Source: Selaginella moellendorffii
Taxonomy: Eukaryota > Plantae > Lycopodiophyta
Direction of reading: 5' to 3'
Length of the DNA stretch: 64,000 nt
Assembly (NCBI RefSeq): GCF_000143415.4
Contig: NW_003314400.1
Location: 1 to 64,000, forward strand
The translations under genes were made by a program, and so were the position numbers. Below are positions 25,800 to 38,578 of the stretch, piece after piece. The notes under the pieces were generated by a model. It was not told the DNA's origin and made no database searches. It saw nothing but the letters and a program-made list of their open reading frames with translations. Each line of letters begins with the position of its first letter. Position 1 is the first letter of the stretch.

Positions 25800-26600
25800 A
25801 ACATCTCAAATTAATAGCATTACATTTATGATCTCTTCAGCATCATCCAAGAGCCCACAAGAACACTGATCAAGCAGCAATAGTGATCTCACTTGGGACT
25901 TAGATTGTAGTCAGAAACCATTGGAGCTAGTGTGTCTCTAGTAGGGATTACCAGCACAAGGTGGCAGCAAACGTTCAAAAGGCCCATGAAACTCTTGAGG
26001 TCACGATGTTTGGCTGTAAACAGCATCTAAACAATTGCCAAGCGCTCGTCCAAGTGTCATTTTGCCCATACACTCTGATAATGTAATTCCTTTAGAAATT
26101 CTACGGTGTCAAACAAGCACTTTTGGCATATGTAGTGATCATAACATTCCATGCTAAGAAAACTGTCCATGAGACAAGGTTTCTTTGAGGCATTGAATCA
26201 AAGAGATTGTGAATCCAGTGACAATAACATACAAGGTAGCTCATGCAAACTACGTTCCACTCTAGAATTTGATAAAAAACAAGCCTTGCACGTACATTTG
26301 CCAATCACATTCCATGTCACTACATTCTTCCCGGGCACGGAATAAAAAGCGTGCAAAGCTGATGATTATGAATGTAATCTTGGAGCAGGATTTTCCATGG
26401 AAAGGAGTCTGGGGCGCGAATGGAGTCAAACATGCAGACCAGAGCTCCTGCATTTGCCATGCCTTCGAATCCTGTGGTGTGGCAACACCAAAGATCTAAG
26501 CGATGCTTGCAAGATCCACGCTTTTGAAGGAACATGTTACGAACAACGTCTACATTGCGAATCTCCTCGTCCAAATGCGATATCCCGGCGCTTAAAAGCT
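25800..26600 (-). pseudogene. Decayed PPR pseudogene
   Basis: LFDSMPQRNLVSW, WNVMITTYAK and MFDSIRAPDSFPWKILL fragments in several frames. Boundaries approximate. Confidence 0.7.
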
Positions 26601-27177
26601 TCCTAAGATGACAAGGGTTTAGGGTTTATCATTCCCTCGATTTTCCAATATCAAACCCCGCCAAGGATCCAACGCCAGTGCCAGTGGAGGATGATCCCAA
26701 GAGCTTGTATGGTGCTACAGTGAGAGTGGCAGTCTAGTGTGGTGGGATTTTGAGATCCCTAACTGGGATTTCTATGACGAATGTAGAGTGTCCTTAAGGC
26801 GGCCAGTTTTGCAAAGAGCTCTGATGAGTATGGTGTAGACCGTGACTCCTGGCTTGAATCCTTGGACCTTTGCTTTGTCCAGCATCATGGGCAATAATCA
26901 TCGCTGCAAATGTATATGGCAATACATGGCAGCTCTAGAGCACTTCCACTGGGATTTCTCTCCACCATTTGCCCTCGTGTAAGTTCTCGCTCTTTCCTCT
27001 TTGCTGGATTTGAATCCATTGTTGTGATTTTTGTGGTTCTTCCAGCTCACAAGAATTTGTCATCTGATCGAATTCTCATGCTGGATTTGGTACTGTGGAC
27101 TGTCGATGAGCACATCTCTTCGTCACCTCTACGGACAGTGATCTCTCTAGTGCGTTGCACTCGCTGCAGATGAAGAA

Positions 27178-27456
27178 CTACAACGTTCTTCTGGCATGCA
27201 ACTCTCGGCCTCCCCGGCTCTCCTTGCCGCAGCTTCGGTAGTATGGCAGTGGGGTAAGCTCGCTAGAGCAGAAGGCCTGGTAGCACAGACAATCGTGAGC
27301 AGAGGCGGTGACTAGAGCATTCCAGGAGAGAACGCTGCGCTGGGGCATCCTCTCAAAAAGATCTTTCGCCTCACGGATATGCCCGTTCTGGGCATATGCC
27401 ACCACCACCGCGTTCCAGGACACGTGGCTCTTTCGGCGGATGCGATCGAATGTCAC
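27178..27456 (-). pseudogene. PPR fragment
   Basis: VSWNAVVVAYAQNGHIREAKDLFERMPQRSVLSWNALV. Confidence 0.8.
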
Positions 27457-28005
27457 CAGGGAGTTTTTATAAATTCGTCACCGCCACCATCTTCTCCTCC
27501 ACTATCATTTACGCTGCCAACAACGCTACTTTTACCTTTGTCTCCATCGCCGCCAATATACACTCCAGCTCCGCCACCACCTAGTCCCAGCCTCGCTTCC
27601 GCCACCACACACTCCACCCCGCCACCACCTTGTCCAGACGTCCAGCACAAGATTCTCCGCCAGTGACACTAGAGAAGCAGGAATCTTTACAGGCCTTCCA
27701 CAAGGATATTTGCGCACTGCTCCAACAAGCGGCTTTGACGCTCAGCCAAAAGCCTCCGGAATCGATGCTTTTGAGTGTGACCCTGGGAGAAAGGATGATT
27801 GCTCCACAGCAACAGAGAACAGGAGAGTTTGGGGAAAGCTACTGAGAGCTCGACGTCTCAGTGTAAATGCTGTGAAAGTGAAGGATGGAAACCTAGTCGG
27901 GAGCTCAGCTCGCCAGGTGCTGTCACCAGTGCCCGAGACGAAGGAAAGTGGACGTGGAGAAGGTTTTGTTCGGATCCGGGATGGAGGAAGCGGCAAAAGG
28001 CAAAA

Positions 28006-28209
28006 GACTGCCAAGCAAATCGAGGAGATTGCGCTGGGATTGGAGGCAAGCAAGGTTCCTTTCCTCTGGGTGATACGATCAAACTCTGTTCTTGGCATGG
28101 ACGAGGAAGGTTTCGTGAGCAGGACTGGCGGGAGAGGATTGTTTGTGAGCTGGGCGCTGCAGCTAGAGATCTTGCAGCACGAATCAACCGGGGCTTTTGT
28201 CACTCACTG
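28006..28209 (+). pseudogene. UGT gene fragment
   Basis: TAKQIEEIALGLEASKVPFLWVIRS...WALQLEILQHESTGAFVTHC, a near copy of 31132-31344. Confidence 0.9.
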
Positions 28210-28214
28210 TTCAT

Positions 28215-29030
28215 GAGTTCGAATGTCCGAATGGCCGCCTGGGCCTCACCGGCTCGAGGGTAGGCCGCGACCATGGCGTCGTAAGAAGTTACGTGTGGAG
28301 GGATTTGCCGAAAGACAGCCTCGGCACTGGGCAGTGATCCACACCTCGCAAACATCTGGACGAGAAAGCTTCTGGAGTGGAGGCTCGCCTGGTTGGCTTC
28401 TCCGAGAGGAGTGACCCCGACATGGTTGGCTTCCACGCCTTCCAAGTCCATTCCAGTGAGAGCTCGGATGGCCTCGCGGCAGTGGTGGCTGTTTCCAAAG
28501 GCCGTGATCATCGCAGTCGGCTCGGTCGAAGACTGTGACGGCGTCCGCCAGGCTGCGGCATTTCCCATACATGCTCCTTTCATCCTTGTCAAGGATTACA
28601 TCAAAGATCTTCGTTGCCTGAGCAAACGCTTGCAGCATTGTAGTCTGAGCGACTACGTCCTTCTCAGGCATGAGAGCATACATCCTCTAGGCATTTTCAT
28701 TTTCCCTGGCTTTGGCATACGCAGTGTTCATCGCAGTGTGCACGTAAAATGTTTGGTTTCTCCATCGCATAAAAAAACGCTTCGCTCCTTCCAGCCGGTC
28801 GTGCGCTTCATAGGCTGATATCAGAGCACCCCAAAAAACCGGATTTCTCTCTCCTGCCCCCTTTCTGGGTACCATCACAGACTACATTCGTCTCGGGCAT
28901 TCGATCAAATAGTTCTTGGGTTTGATCCAAGTTCCTATCAACTGCATAGCGTCGTATCATCACGACCCATGGCCCCACATGAGATTCGCAAGGAAAACAT
29001 TGGAGCTATGGTGGCCGCTCAAAGTCCTGT
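28215..29030 (-). pseudogene. PPR pseudogene
   Basis: ERNPVFWGALISAYE, ALMPEKDVVAQTTMLQAFA and MYGKCRSLADA. Paralogue of 4740-5632 in the opposite orientation. Confidence 0.85.
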
Positions 29031-29133
29031 GAATTTCTTTCACCCTTTCCCGGACAGCAAAGAAAGAAACCTCGCTACCTTTTGTGAAACTTCTATATAA
29101 GAGTTCCAAGAATTAGGTTTTGATAGGATTCTC

Positions 29134-29856
29134 ATGGGACGTAGCAAAGAATTAATTGTAGAACTCCCAAGGGTAATGAAAGTGGAGAGGATTTTATTCT
29201 CTTCCAACACCAACAATCTCGAGTGTGAAGTATTTGGGAAAGAGGAGCAAGATGGAGAGTGGAAGTTTTTGGGTAAGACAGGTCGAGAAGCAAGATTCAA
29301 GCTCACTAAGCTGAGATTCATCCTTGTCAAACCTCTCTCTGGATTTGAGGTATCTACAATTGTGAGTTTCTATGGCAAGGACGATGCCCAAAAGCCCGTG
29401 GAGGAGTTGGAGTTGAAATACGTCAATCCTCGACATGTGGACTATCAAAAACCTTTTAAAGTCGGCCAGCTTTCTAAGGACACTCTTGTCACGAAAGCAA
29501 TTGTTCGATCCAATCTTCGGTACTACAAGTTCCGGTTGTGGGGCAACATAGAGTACCCCTGCCAGTGGTGGTTTCCAATGGGACACTATGACCAGGACAA
29601 GCCCAACCCTAAATCGCGAGAGTTGACCATCAGATACTTTGATGTGAAGAACGAAGGGAAGTTAACGCTAGCGCCTCAATGCAAGTTGAAAGTTTTTGAG
29701 AGGACTTCCACTCGTCACTCAGAGTGCGAGGAATTTGATCTACACAATCTTCCACAAAAGAAGCAGCCAAGCATTCGACAAAAGAAGCTGCCAAGCAGAT
29801 GGGATTTTGTTAAAAAGCTACTATACTTTGCTTTAAAGGTTTTTCAAAGGAATTAA
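29134..29856 (+). CDS. Uncharacterised 240-aa protein, copy 2
   Basis: Intact ORF with upstream CTATATAA. C-terminal tail diverges from copies 1 and 3. Confidence 0.75.
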   Translation: MGRSKELIVELPRVMKVERILFSSNTNNLECEVFGKEEQDGEWKFLGKTGREARFKLTKLRFILVKPLSGFEVSTIVSFYGKDDAQKPVEELELKYVNPRHVDYQKPFKVGQLSKDTLVTKAIVRSNLRYYKFRLWGNIEYPCQWWFPMGHYDQDKPNPKSRELTIRYFDVKNEGKLTLAPQCKLKVFERTSTRHSECEEFDLHNLPQKKQPSIRQKKLPSRWDFVKKLLYFALKVFQRN

Positions 29857-30180
29857 AAACGTTTATAGACTTAAATCTATCTTAAATAAAATAAAATCTT
29901 TGTCTCTTCTCTTTGTCTGATTTAGAGGAAGTTTTCATGCGACAGATAAGATAAGGATATGTGTCTGCTACATTGAATTCTCACCACTAAATTTTACCAC
30001 AATACAGCCACCTCTTGGACTGTATGGCTCCTATTGCCAATCATACAATTATTAGTGAAAGACAAGACGTAGAGGAAAGAACAATGTCCAATTCAGCCCA
30101 TAAGTGCTGGTAATTCAACGATCCATCAAAACTTCCTCTTTGAAAAGTTTCTTCTTTGTTTCTTGGTTTAATCATCATCC

Positions 30181-31666
30181 ATGGGCTCTCACAAGAAACT
30201 TCACGTTGTTCTTATCCCACTTCCAGCACAGGGACATGTCATTCCAATAATCTATCTCGCCCGCAAGCTCGCGCTCCTCGGAGTCACTGTGACCATCATC
30301 AACGTTGATAGCATCCACGAAACCTTGCAACAATCCTGGAAGAGCGAGGACAATCCTGTGAGTAATGGCCACGACATTCGCCTCGAGTCCATCTCTATGG
30401 ACTTGCAAGTTCCCAATGGCTTCGACGAGAAGAACTTCGACGCGCAGGCCGCCTTCTGCGAGGCCATCTTCCGAATGGAGGATCCACTCGCGGAGCTCTT
30501 GTCCCGGATCGATCGAGACGGCCCCAGAGTCGCGTGTGTCGTCTCGGACTTTTACCATCTCAGTGCTCCACACGCTGCAAAGAAGGCTGGATTGGCTGGA
30601 GCGAGCTTTTGGCCGGGAAACGCTACTTGGGCTGCCATAGAATTCCACGTTCCAAAGCTCCTGGAGATGGGAGACGTTCCTGTCAAAGGTGAAGCTTTGA
30701 TTGATCTAGAAGTGTGTTCTAAGAAAACTTGGGATTTCTATGGTGCCAGCGGGAGATGAAAAGCTGATTTCTTACATCCCTGGAATGGAGATAAGATCGC
30801 AAGACATTCCAGTCTTCATGCACGACGGAGAATTCCAGAAGACCGGGGAAGAACAATCACTGTATCGCTCCAAGAGGATCGCACTGGATTCTTGGTTTCT
30901 GATAAACTCTGTCCACGACATCGAGCCGCGAATTTTCGAAGCGATGAGGGAAGGATTCGGGGAGAATTTCGTGCCGGTTGGACCATTGTTTCCTCTCAAG
31001 GGAGAGGCGATCGATTCGACTGGATTGCAAGAGGTAAACCTGAGAACTCCGGATGAATCTTGTCTTCCATGGCTAGACGAGCGTGATCGTGGCTCGGTCC
31101 TCTATGTTTCGTTTGGAAGCATCTCCTTCATGACTGCCAAGCAATTCGAGGAGATCGCGCTGGGATTGGAGGCAAGCAAGGTTTCTTTCCTCTGGGTGAT
31201 ACGATCAAACTCTGTTCTTGGCATGGACGAGGAGTTCTACAAAGGTTTCATGAGCAGGACTGGCGGGAGAGGATTGTTCGTGAGATGGGCGCCGCAGCTA
31301 GAGATCTTGCAGCACGAATCAACAGGGGCTTTTCTCACTCACTGCGGATGGAACTCCATGCTCGAGAGCTTGGCGTGTGGAGTGCCAATGCTGGGGTGGC
31401 CATCTATGTTTGAGCAAAACACGAATGCCAAGCTGGTGCTGGAAGGCGAGGGCGTGGGAGTGGCATTCTCGAGATCTGGAGGGAAGGATGGATTTGCGCC
31501 GAGAGAAGAGGTGGAAGAGAAAGTGAGGGCGATCATGGAGGGAGAGCAAGGCAGGAGATTGAAAGCCAGGGCGATGGAGATTCGAGAATTGGCTGTCAAG
31601 GCCGCTTCTCCCGGAGGTTCTTCTCACACGAACCTCAAGAAATTCGTGGAGAGCCTTGCCTCGTAA
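30181..31666 (+). CDS. Family-1 UDP-glycosyltransferase, intact, 2 exons (30181-30688, 30750-31666), 474 aa
   Basis: N-terminal PAQGH catalytic His, a 61-nt GT-AG intron that joins the frames, and a complete PSPG box WAPQLEILQHESTGAFLTHCGWNSMLESLACGVPMLGWPSMFEQ. Confidence 0.95.
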
Positions 31667-31669
31667 AGA

Positions 31670-32400
31670 AGATCTTCGCGGGGATACCGATCAAAAACGC
31701 TGTCGCGGCAACGATCATGATCGTTGCCTACGGCCAAGAGGGCGAGGGGGATTCCGCTAAGCAGGTTTTTGATCGTGCCTTGCCCAGAATCTCGTTTGCT
31801 GGAACGCGATGCTCACAGCATATGCGCAGGCATTTGCATTAATCGAAGCTTCTCTTTGATACCATGCCCGAGAATCTCTTGGACCGCAATGCTACAAAAA
31901 CAATACCTAGTTTGATAGATGCCGAGAATGTTTTTGCAACTAAATGGAATTTAGCAACCTGGACTGCTATGGGTCATGCAAATGCCCAAGCCAGGAATAC
32001 GGAAAAGGCGAGGACACGATGTTAGAGAAAAATCTAGTGTTGTGGAACTCTCTCATTGCAGGATTTGCTCACAATGGATCTATCGAGAAGGCGGAGAAGC
32101 TCTTTCTCGAGATGAGTGGGATCTCATGTCTGTGAATGAATCTCTACTCATGGCAATGTCAATTGAGTGCAAGTTATTTTGGATTCCACTCCTTTGGTGA
32201 GCACCATGCTCTAGAACACAATCCTGATGGCCTACGGTGACAATGATTGCATCATCGAGGCCAAGACCATCTTTGATTATGAGGTGGAGCAGTGGAATCT
32301 CATGTTGTGGAACTCAATGATCTTGGCAGTTGAGTGGCAATCATAATGTAGCCTAGCAGCTGTTCAATGTGATGCTCAAATGAGATATGGTATTTTGCAA
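31670..32400 (+). pseudogene. Decayed PPR fragments
   Basis: MLEKNLVLWNSLIAGFAHNGSIEKAEKLFLEM and neighbouring broken repeats. Confidence 0.7.
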
Positions 32401-34556
32401 CTCAATCCTTACGCAATAAGATCTAAGTATCCCAAGACTTGATTATAAAGGAGATTTAATATACAATTTATTAAGATTTAAATATAGAAAGAAAGAGCTT
32501 ATAAATAAGAGTGTACCCATTAAATACTGAAAAAAATAGCCCATAAATAAAAGTGCATCCAATCCTTTTAGTTATTTATAATAACTTCTTTCTATCATCA
32601 ATTCCTTTTATGCCTCATTTTATATTGGGATTGTGGGGAAGACTCATACCATATATTTAGGAAAACTTCCAAAGCCTCCAACTTTAGAAATTCTAGATGA
32701 CTATAATCTACGAAATAGATGTAATTAATCACGACACCATTTTATGGGTAATAGAGTTAAAATAGGACTTATATTGCTAATAGAGTTTAAAATCAATACC
32801 CAAGAAACATGTAATAAATTTGCTCATTCACAAAGTTGGGTATGATGTTAGTGAAATTATCATACCTAGGCAAAATGTATCTTATATATTTACTATTATG
32901 AAACCTATCATGCATGTTTTTGTAGAAAGTATGGTAAGCCCACATCATAACCTAGAAAATAAATAATTTAGAAGTTTTATAAAATATAAAATACCTCACA
33001 TGGAGAGAATGATTTAAAATGAACTTTCATTGCACGGGTTATTTAGCAGAAGGAAAATGATATGGCTAGCTTCAAGTGGAAGTGTTTTTGACAAAAGGAA
33101 TGTATCATGCATGTTGTCATTGGTCTAATTCTCAACTTTCCCATTAATATATGAAAAACTATCTAGAAAGTTGAAGAAAATGAAGTTTGAGCAAAGTTTT
33201 TTATATTTTTCAACATGAACAGTTAAACTAGTGTTATATATTTATATTCATGTTATTTTCATGAAAGATGTTAACAATCTCCTATAAGAGCCACTAAAGA
33301 CACCTATAGTGCTTTGGTGTGCTATCAGGGAAACAAAGCAAATCTATAAAAATGCTAAGTGAATGAAAAAACAATAAATAAAATGTTATTATTATATAGT
33401 ATATTATTAATGAGAGTTCCTCTAACTCTTCATCATGAGCATTTCGTCAAACATGAATGAAACCACTATAAAAAATCATTGTTATAAAACACATAAGTCC
33501 CCTTTTAGTTTAGTTTTAAAATTGATATAATATTTTTTGAACTTTTCGATTATTGTCATTTATTGGTGGAACTTGTTCCAGATTTTAACCATCTAGTGGT
33601 GGAACTAAATTGTTTGATAGTGGAATATAGGCCTCATTTAGAACTTCCTTATCCTCCTTTTCATCATTATTGACATCACCATCATTACCAGTATTAATAA
33701 CTTCTTCCTAATCTAATGTAGAGGTATCTTTCCCAAGGCATTTTAATTCCCAAACACAATCTATCTTTCATGCCTTTTAAACTCTTATAGATATATTCTT
33801 CCATCCTTTATACCCTTTGCAACAAGTCAAGTGTAAATTGGTGTCTCAAATGGCACACCTTTATATTGAAGAAAATAATATATTTAGAAAAGATCCTAGA
33901 AATTTTATTATACTTTTAAACTATATGTCATATGAAATAAAGCTGGCTATAGTGGCAATTATAAGTTGTTTTACTTCTGGACTTATTTAGCAACCACCCC
34001 TTTGTGATCCCTTCCAAATATGCACTGACACATGTGTCAAAGAATATGAAAATGATATCTAGATCATCATTAATGTGTAGTGTCAAAAACTTCTCATTTT
34101 CACCTATAATTTGTGTGATGTAGAAAGTTCTTCTCAACTACTTCTAGTACTCATTCTTGTAATATACATTATTTATAATGATTTATCATAGGATAACCAC
34201 AGAGTGGAACCTTAACCCTTAAATATATATGGAGTGGGATTTGAGTTTGAAGGCCTTGGGCCACTAAACAAAGGGACAAAATCAAATTCCTAAGCATATA
34301 GCCAAAGAGCAAAAGAATTACGGCATAGAATAATTCTAAAATGTACAATCAAAGAACAAAGGAACAAAAGTATAGAGCAATTTATAAGCATACAACCAAG
34401 GAACTAAAGAACATGAATATGGAGTGATATATTTAAATAATTTATAAACTTCTGAATTTGAACTTCTCGAAAGGTCATATAACCCATAGATCAACTTATA
34501 AGCGAACAACCAAGGAATGAAAGAACATGAATATAAAGTGATATATTTGAATAATC

Positions 34557-35009
34557 TGTAAACTCTTGAATTTGAACTTCCCGGGAGGCCACCTAACCCA
34601 GTATTATTCAAACCCAAGGATGCTTAACCCCAAATATCCCAAGTTCACGCCCTCATAAATAGAAGCTGAGAGCTACAACTCTTCTGAGAGCTCCACTCTC
34701 TTGACACCCTACCCCTTGGGGGAGCAAATTAGACCAGCCAGATGTCAATCAATATATTGTGTGATTTCCTTAACCAACCAACAGAGTCGGACCCGAAACC
34801 GCTATAATACTAAATATAAGCTTCTGAATTTGGACTTCTCGGGAGGTCACCCATCCCAATACTATTCAAACCTAAGAACGTTTAACTCCGAATATCCCAA
34901 GACCTTTAACCAATTGGAAAAGGGGGTGCACTTTTGTTCATGGGCCCTTTCCCTTTATATTTGAACCTCTATGGATCGTCTCTTGAGTTGTTCTATTTAG
35001 TTGCTTATA
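34557..35009 (-). mobile_element. Cassandra-type TRIM with internal deletion
   Basis: TSD TAATC. The left LTR is joined to the internal region at a CAAG microhomology (~34640). The right LTR is complete but decayed. Confidence 0.85.
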
Positions 35010-35089
35010 TAATCTTAGAGCATTTAAGCTAAGACTAATATGTAAATCAAAGCTAAATTTATGAGATTTGAAAAAAAAATTTAACACTT

Positions 35090-35288
35090 TATAAGCTCAT
35101 AAATTTGGATTTCTCATCAAGAGGTCACCCAACTTAGTATTATTCAAACCCAAGGATGCTTAACCTCAAACATCCCAAAACCCTTAACTGATTGAAAAAG
35201 AAGTGCACTTTTATTAATAAGCCCTTTTCTTTTTATATTTGAACTTTATAGATTGTTTCTTAAATCATTATTTTTTTCGTTGCTTATA
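35090..35288 (-). mobile_element. Decayed Cassandra solo LTR
   Basis: gaggtcacccaacttagtattattcaaacccaaggatgcttaacc core, ending tgcttata. Confidence 0.75.
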
Positions 35289-36947
35289 ACTTCCTTCCAC
35301 ACATTCACCAAAAACCTCTATAGCAAGTATTGAAAATAATTACTACTTTTTTTGCCACCACTCAAATAATGCTTAGTAGTGGTGTTTGTCCACCACTTCC
35401 AACCATTTCCTATCTTGTAATTTAAATTTGGTGCTTTGTTTGGTGGCTATTTCTAAAAAATTGTTATAATTGTAGTCATTGCAATTCAAAAAATAGGAAT
35501 CTTCTTGATTTTACTATGTTTAGTTTGTTATTAATACACTTGCATCAAGTTCACCTTATATAATGGTTTATTTAACATGTGTTAAGTAAAAATAAATGGT
35601 GTTAGACTTTAATTTTTTTTTAGCCTGAAGCTTGAATAGTACGTTTTCTATGAGTATCAATCAATATGTGAGTTGGAAATCTTACTTTGCTAGAAATCTT
35701 TCATTTTGATACATTTAATTTTATTTCTACTCGAAGATCCTTATATTGGTTCATGAAGGCACTTGAAAACCATACCTTCTTACCCCTACCTATTTTTATT
35801 ATTAGAATCTAAAGGAATCATGTTTTAGAGAAAGTTGTAAAGGAATGTTACTAAGCTTCTATGGCTCAAGAGAAAGAATAAAATGGGACAACCAATAGTT
35901 AATTTATACTTATTTTCAATAGGTAAAGATGTGATGCTAACCTAAAGAAGTGGTGGAAAATTTTTTTCTCCAAAAAAGATATGAATTCATTGTGAAAAAG
36001 CCATTTCCTTTTTCACAATGTATCTTTGTAATTAAATGTTTGGTGTCACAAATTTTTGCACAAATTCAAGTTGCTCATTTTGCTATAGCTGATGGAGCTC
36101 AAATGGTATTGGTAGATAATTATGGCAAGCCCCTTCAAATAAAAAATACTTCTATTGAAAACTCTTTTATGAGAAGAATTTGCCAAATTTGCTTTTTAGT
36201 TATAAAAGTTTATAAATAATGAACATAAAATTAATCTAAATGCATGTGAAATATTTTATTTTTGCTAGCTTAGAAAAACCAATTCTAGTGCTTAATAAAT
36301 AAATATGCAAAATTTATTAAGCAATGGAATTGGCTTTTATAAGCTAGCAGAGATGACTAGAGAAGCTTTATCATGATTTGAGTATATATTGAATGACTTC
36401 TTCTTCACAAAATTTTGTATCTATTATACTAAATAAAAAATCAATTAGGATGAGATGACCAAATTTCTTGGCATAACTCAATTATTGGTATTTGTAGCCC
36501 ATAACATCAACTAAGAAGCCTTGTCCTTTAACAAAGTTCAAGCTTGAAGTTTGGTAGAATTAGAATAAGTTGCTTCATCAAAGAAATAGTGTGGCTTATT
36601 AGCTTAATAAAGTAACTACAGCATAATCACCTTTTAGTAATGCTTGACAACTATGCAAATATGTATAAAACTTCTCAAAACCCCAAATTGTTGCTAAACA
36701 CTACTACTCTATTCTAGAGTAGTTCACTTCCACTGGTTTTAAAGTACAGATGTATGCAATGCAATGGTACTGACCAGGCATACTCAGGATTTTTTGCATT
36801 AATACACCACCAAGATCAATATCAAAAACATTCACACACAAAATGAAAGGTTAAGTATAGTCATGATATACCAAAATTGGGGGAGTTATCAACAATTATT
36901 AATACCCACTTTTAATCCACAGACTGTAAGTGACTAAATTTTCCATT

Positions 36948-36971
36948 AAGCTTTATTTCGTTAAAGTGGGA
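36948..36971 (+). repeat. Left TIR
   Basis: AAGCTTTATTTCGTTAAAGTGGGA. Confidence 0.92.
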
Positions 36972-37607
36972 TTTATTCAGTAAAATGGGACTAGGTACAA
37001 ATTTTCAAGTATTTAAAAATGACGTGAAATTATATGTTTTTTGTCCAGGGGCTAGACATATCTGGGGCATGGTGACTAGCGCGGTGACCTTATGTCCAGA
37101 CTGTGTCCATCTAGTTGTATAATAAATCTCATTGTTAAGGTGAACAAGCTGAATCTGAAGCTAAAGAAGAGCGATGGCATGCGCGCACACACTATTTGTT
37201 TGTTCATTGAGCGTGTGGTGAGCTTTCCAAGATGAACATCATTCCTATTAGCCAGACATATAGCTTAATGGTGAGAACATTTAGATATTATTCAATGTTA
37301 TCTTTTTCTAACAAATCTAATTGTGAAGGTGTAGCAAGAGGCATTGCTAGTCTGGAGAAGTCATTTAACTCATTTGACCCTTAGTGTATTTTCATGAAAC
37401 TAAATAACATTCATATTATTAAGAAATTTCTCTAGTACCTTTTTTTAACGACATAGAGGCTTGCATTTCTTTCAAAGGTGATTTAGTAAAAGGCCTGAGG
37501 GCACATGCCATTCTATTTCTCAGACCGGTATTAAGATATACTAGTGCAAAGGGAAAAAGGTATTTGGTGATCAAGTAAATGGCATGAGGGCACACGCCAT
37601 TATAAGC

Positions 37608-37865
37608 CTAAGCGCTAGTGGACACCTCCTTTTTGGTACTCTCAGCGGTACTCTCATCCTTCTCCGGGTCAGTTGTTTTGCTTTGGATTGTTGTCTCTGA
37701 CGTTACTGGGGCGTTCTCGATAGTTGTTAATGTTGCCGTTTGTTCAGAAAAATGATCACCTGGAGTATAGTACGGGGAGTTTGGAAGACTTATATATTCT
37801 ACATCTTCACCTATCTCCTTCTTCGTCTCCTTTTCTGCCTCACTTACAGATTTTGTGCTTGCCAT
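37608..37865 (-). CDS. Possible small acidic Ser/Thr-rich protein (85 aa) inside the transposon
   Basis: ATG-initiated MASTKSVSEAEKE... ORF, higher GC than its flanks, TTTTATAA about 40 bp upstream. No recognisable domain. Confidence 0.35.
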   Translation of the reverse strand: MASTKSVSEAEKETKKEIGEDVEYISLPNSPYYTPGDHFSEQTATLTTIENAPVTSETTIQSKTTDPEKDESTAESTKKEVSTSA

Positions 37866-38578
37866 GAGAACGCTCTTCACCCTAAAATATGGAGTTCGTT
37901 GTGTTATAAAAGGAAACCAACACACACGCTACAAGGGAATGATGGTACATAAAGCACGTAAGCCCACAATATGGGTTTATGTGCCATTAATATGGGCCAC
38001 ACGCCATATTATTAGATTTATGCACGTGTGATTGGTAAATGCATATGTCACATCATCTTTGTTTTACCTCACACACTATATCAGGCCTAATGAACCATAT
38101 CACATGTGCGCACATGCTATATATATGGAGAAGTATTATGCAAGGATAGAAAAATTTAATGCATGATTGTGGAGAGCAATGGCATGAAGCCACATGCTAA
38201 ATAACATTTTAGAGAAAGAATTAAAATAAAAACATGCAAACAGTACTGAGTGGACCAAGACTTAGAAGTGCACAATTGAATGAGGTATTTCTAATAAATA
38301 TTTCACTCACCTCATATAGGAATGGCTACCACTCTCAAATGGCGTATCACCTCATGCCATCACCTCGCAATTTGTTATAACAATCCGATGAATTCATATT
38401 CGGCTTGTTCACCTTAAACTTTAAGTAAGATTTGCTAGAACAACTAAGAATTTATACTTGTTATTTGTATCATCTCACCTAGGAATGGCGTAAGGCCACA
38501 TGCCATCACGCCTCCTCTGATTCAGATTCGGATTGTTCACCTTGAAATAAAATACATTAGAAACTTAGTAAAGGAATA

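Noticed and set aside
32600-36700. hAT transposase remnant (IIFIFFDTCVSAYL resembles HIFWTPCAAHCL)
   Set aside because: Too decayed, with no TIR or TSD found, so not supportable as a feature.
36927-36947. Apparent extension of the transposon TIR (TAAGTGACTAAA vs TTTAGTCATTTA at 50689-50700)
   Set aside because: This is a hairpin native to the host LTR end, also present at 22825-22863. The transposon inserted in its loop.
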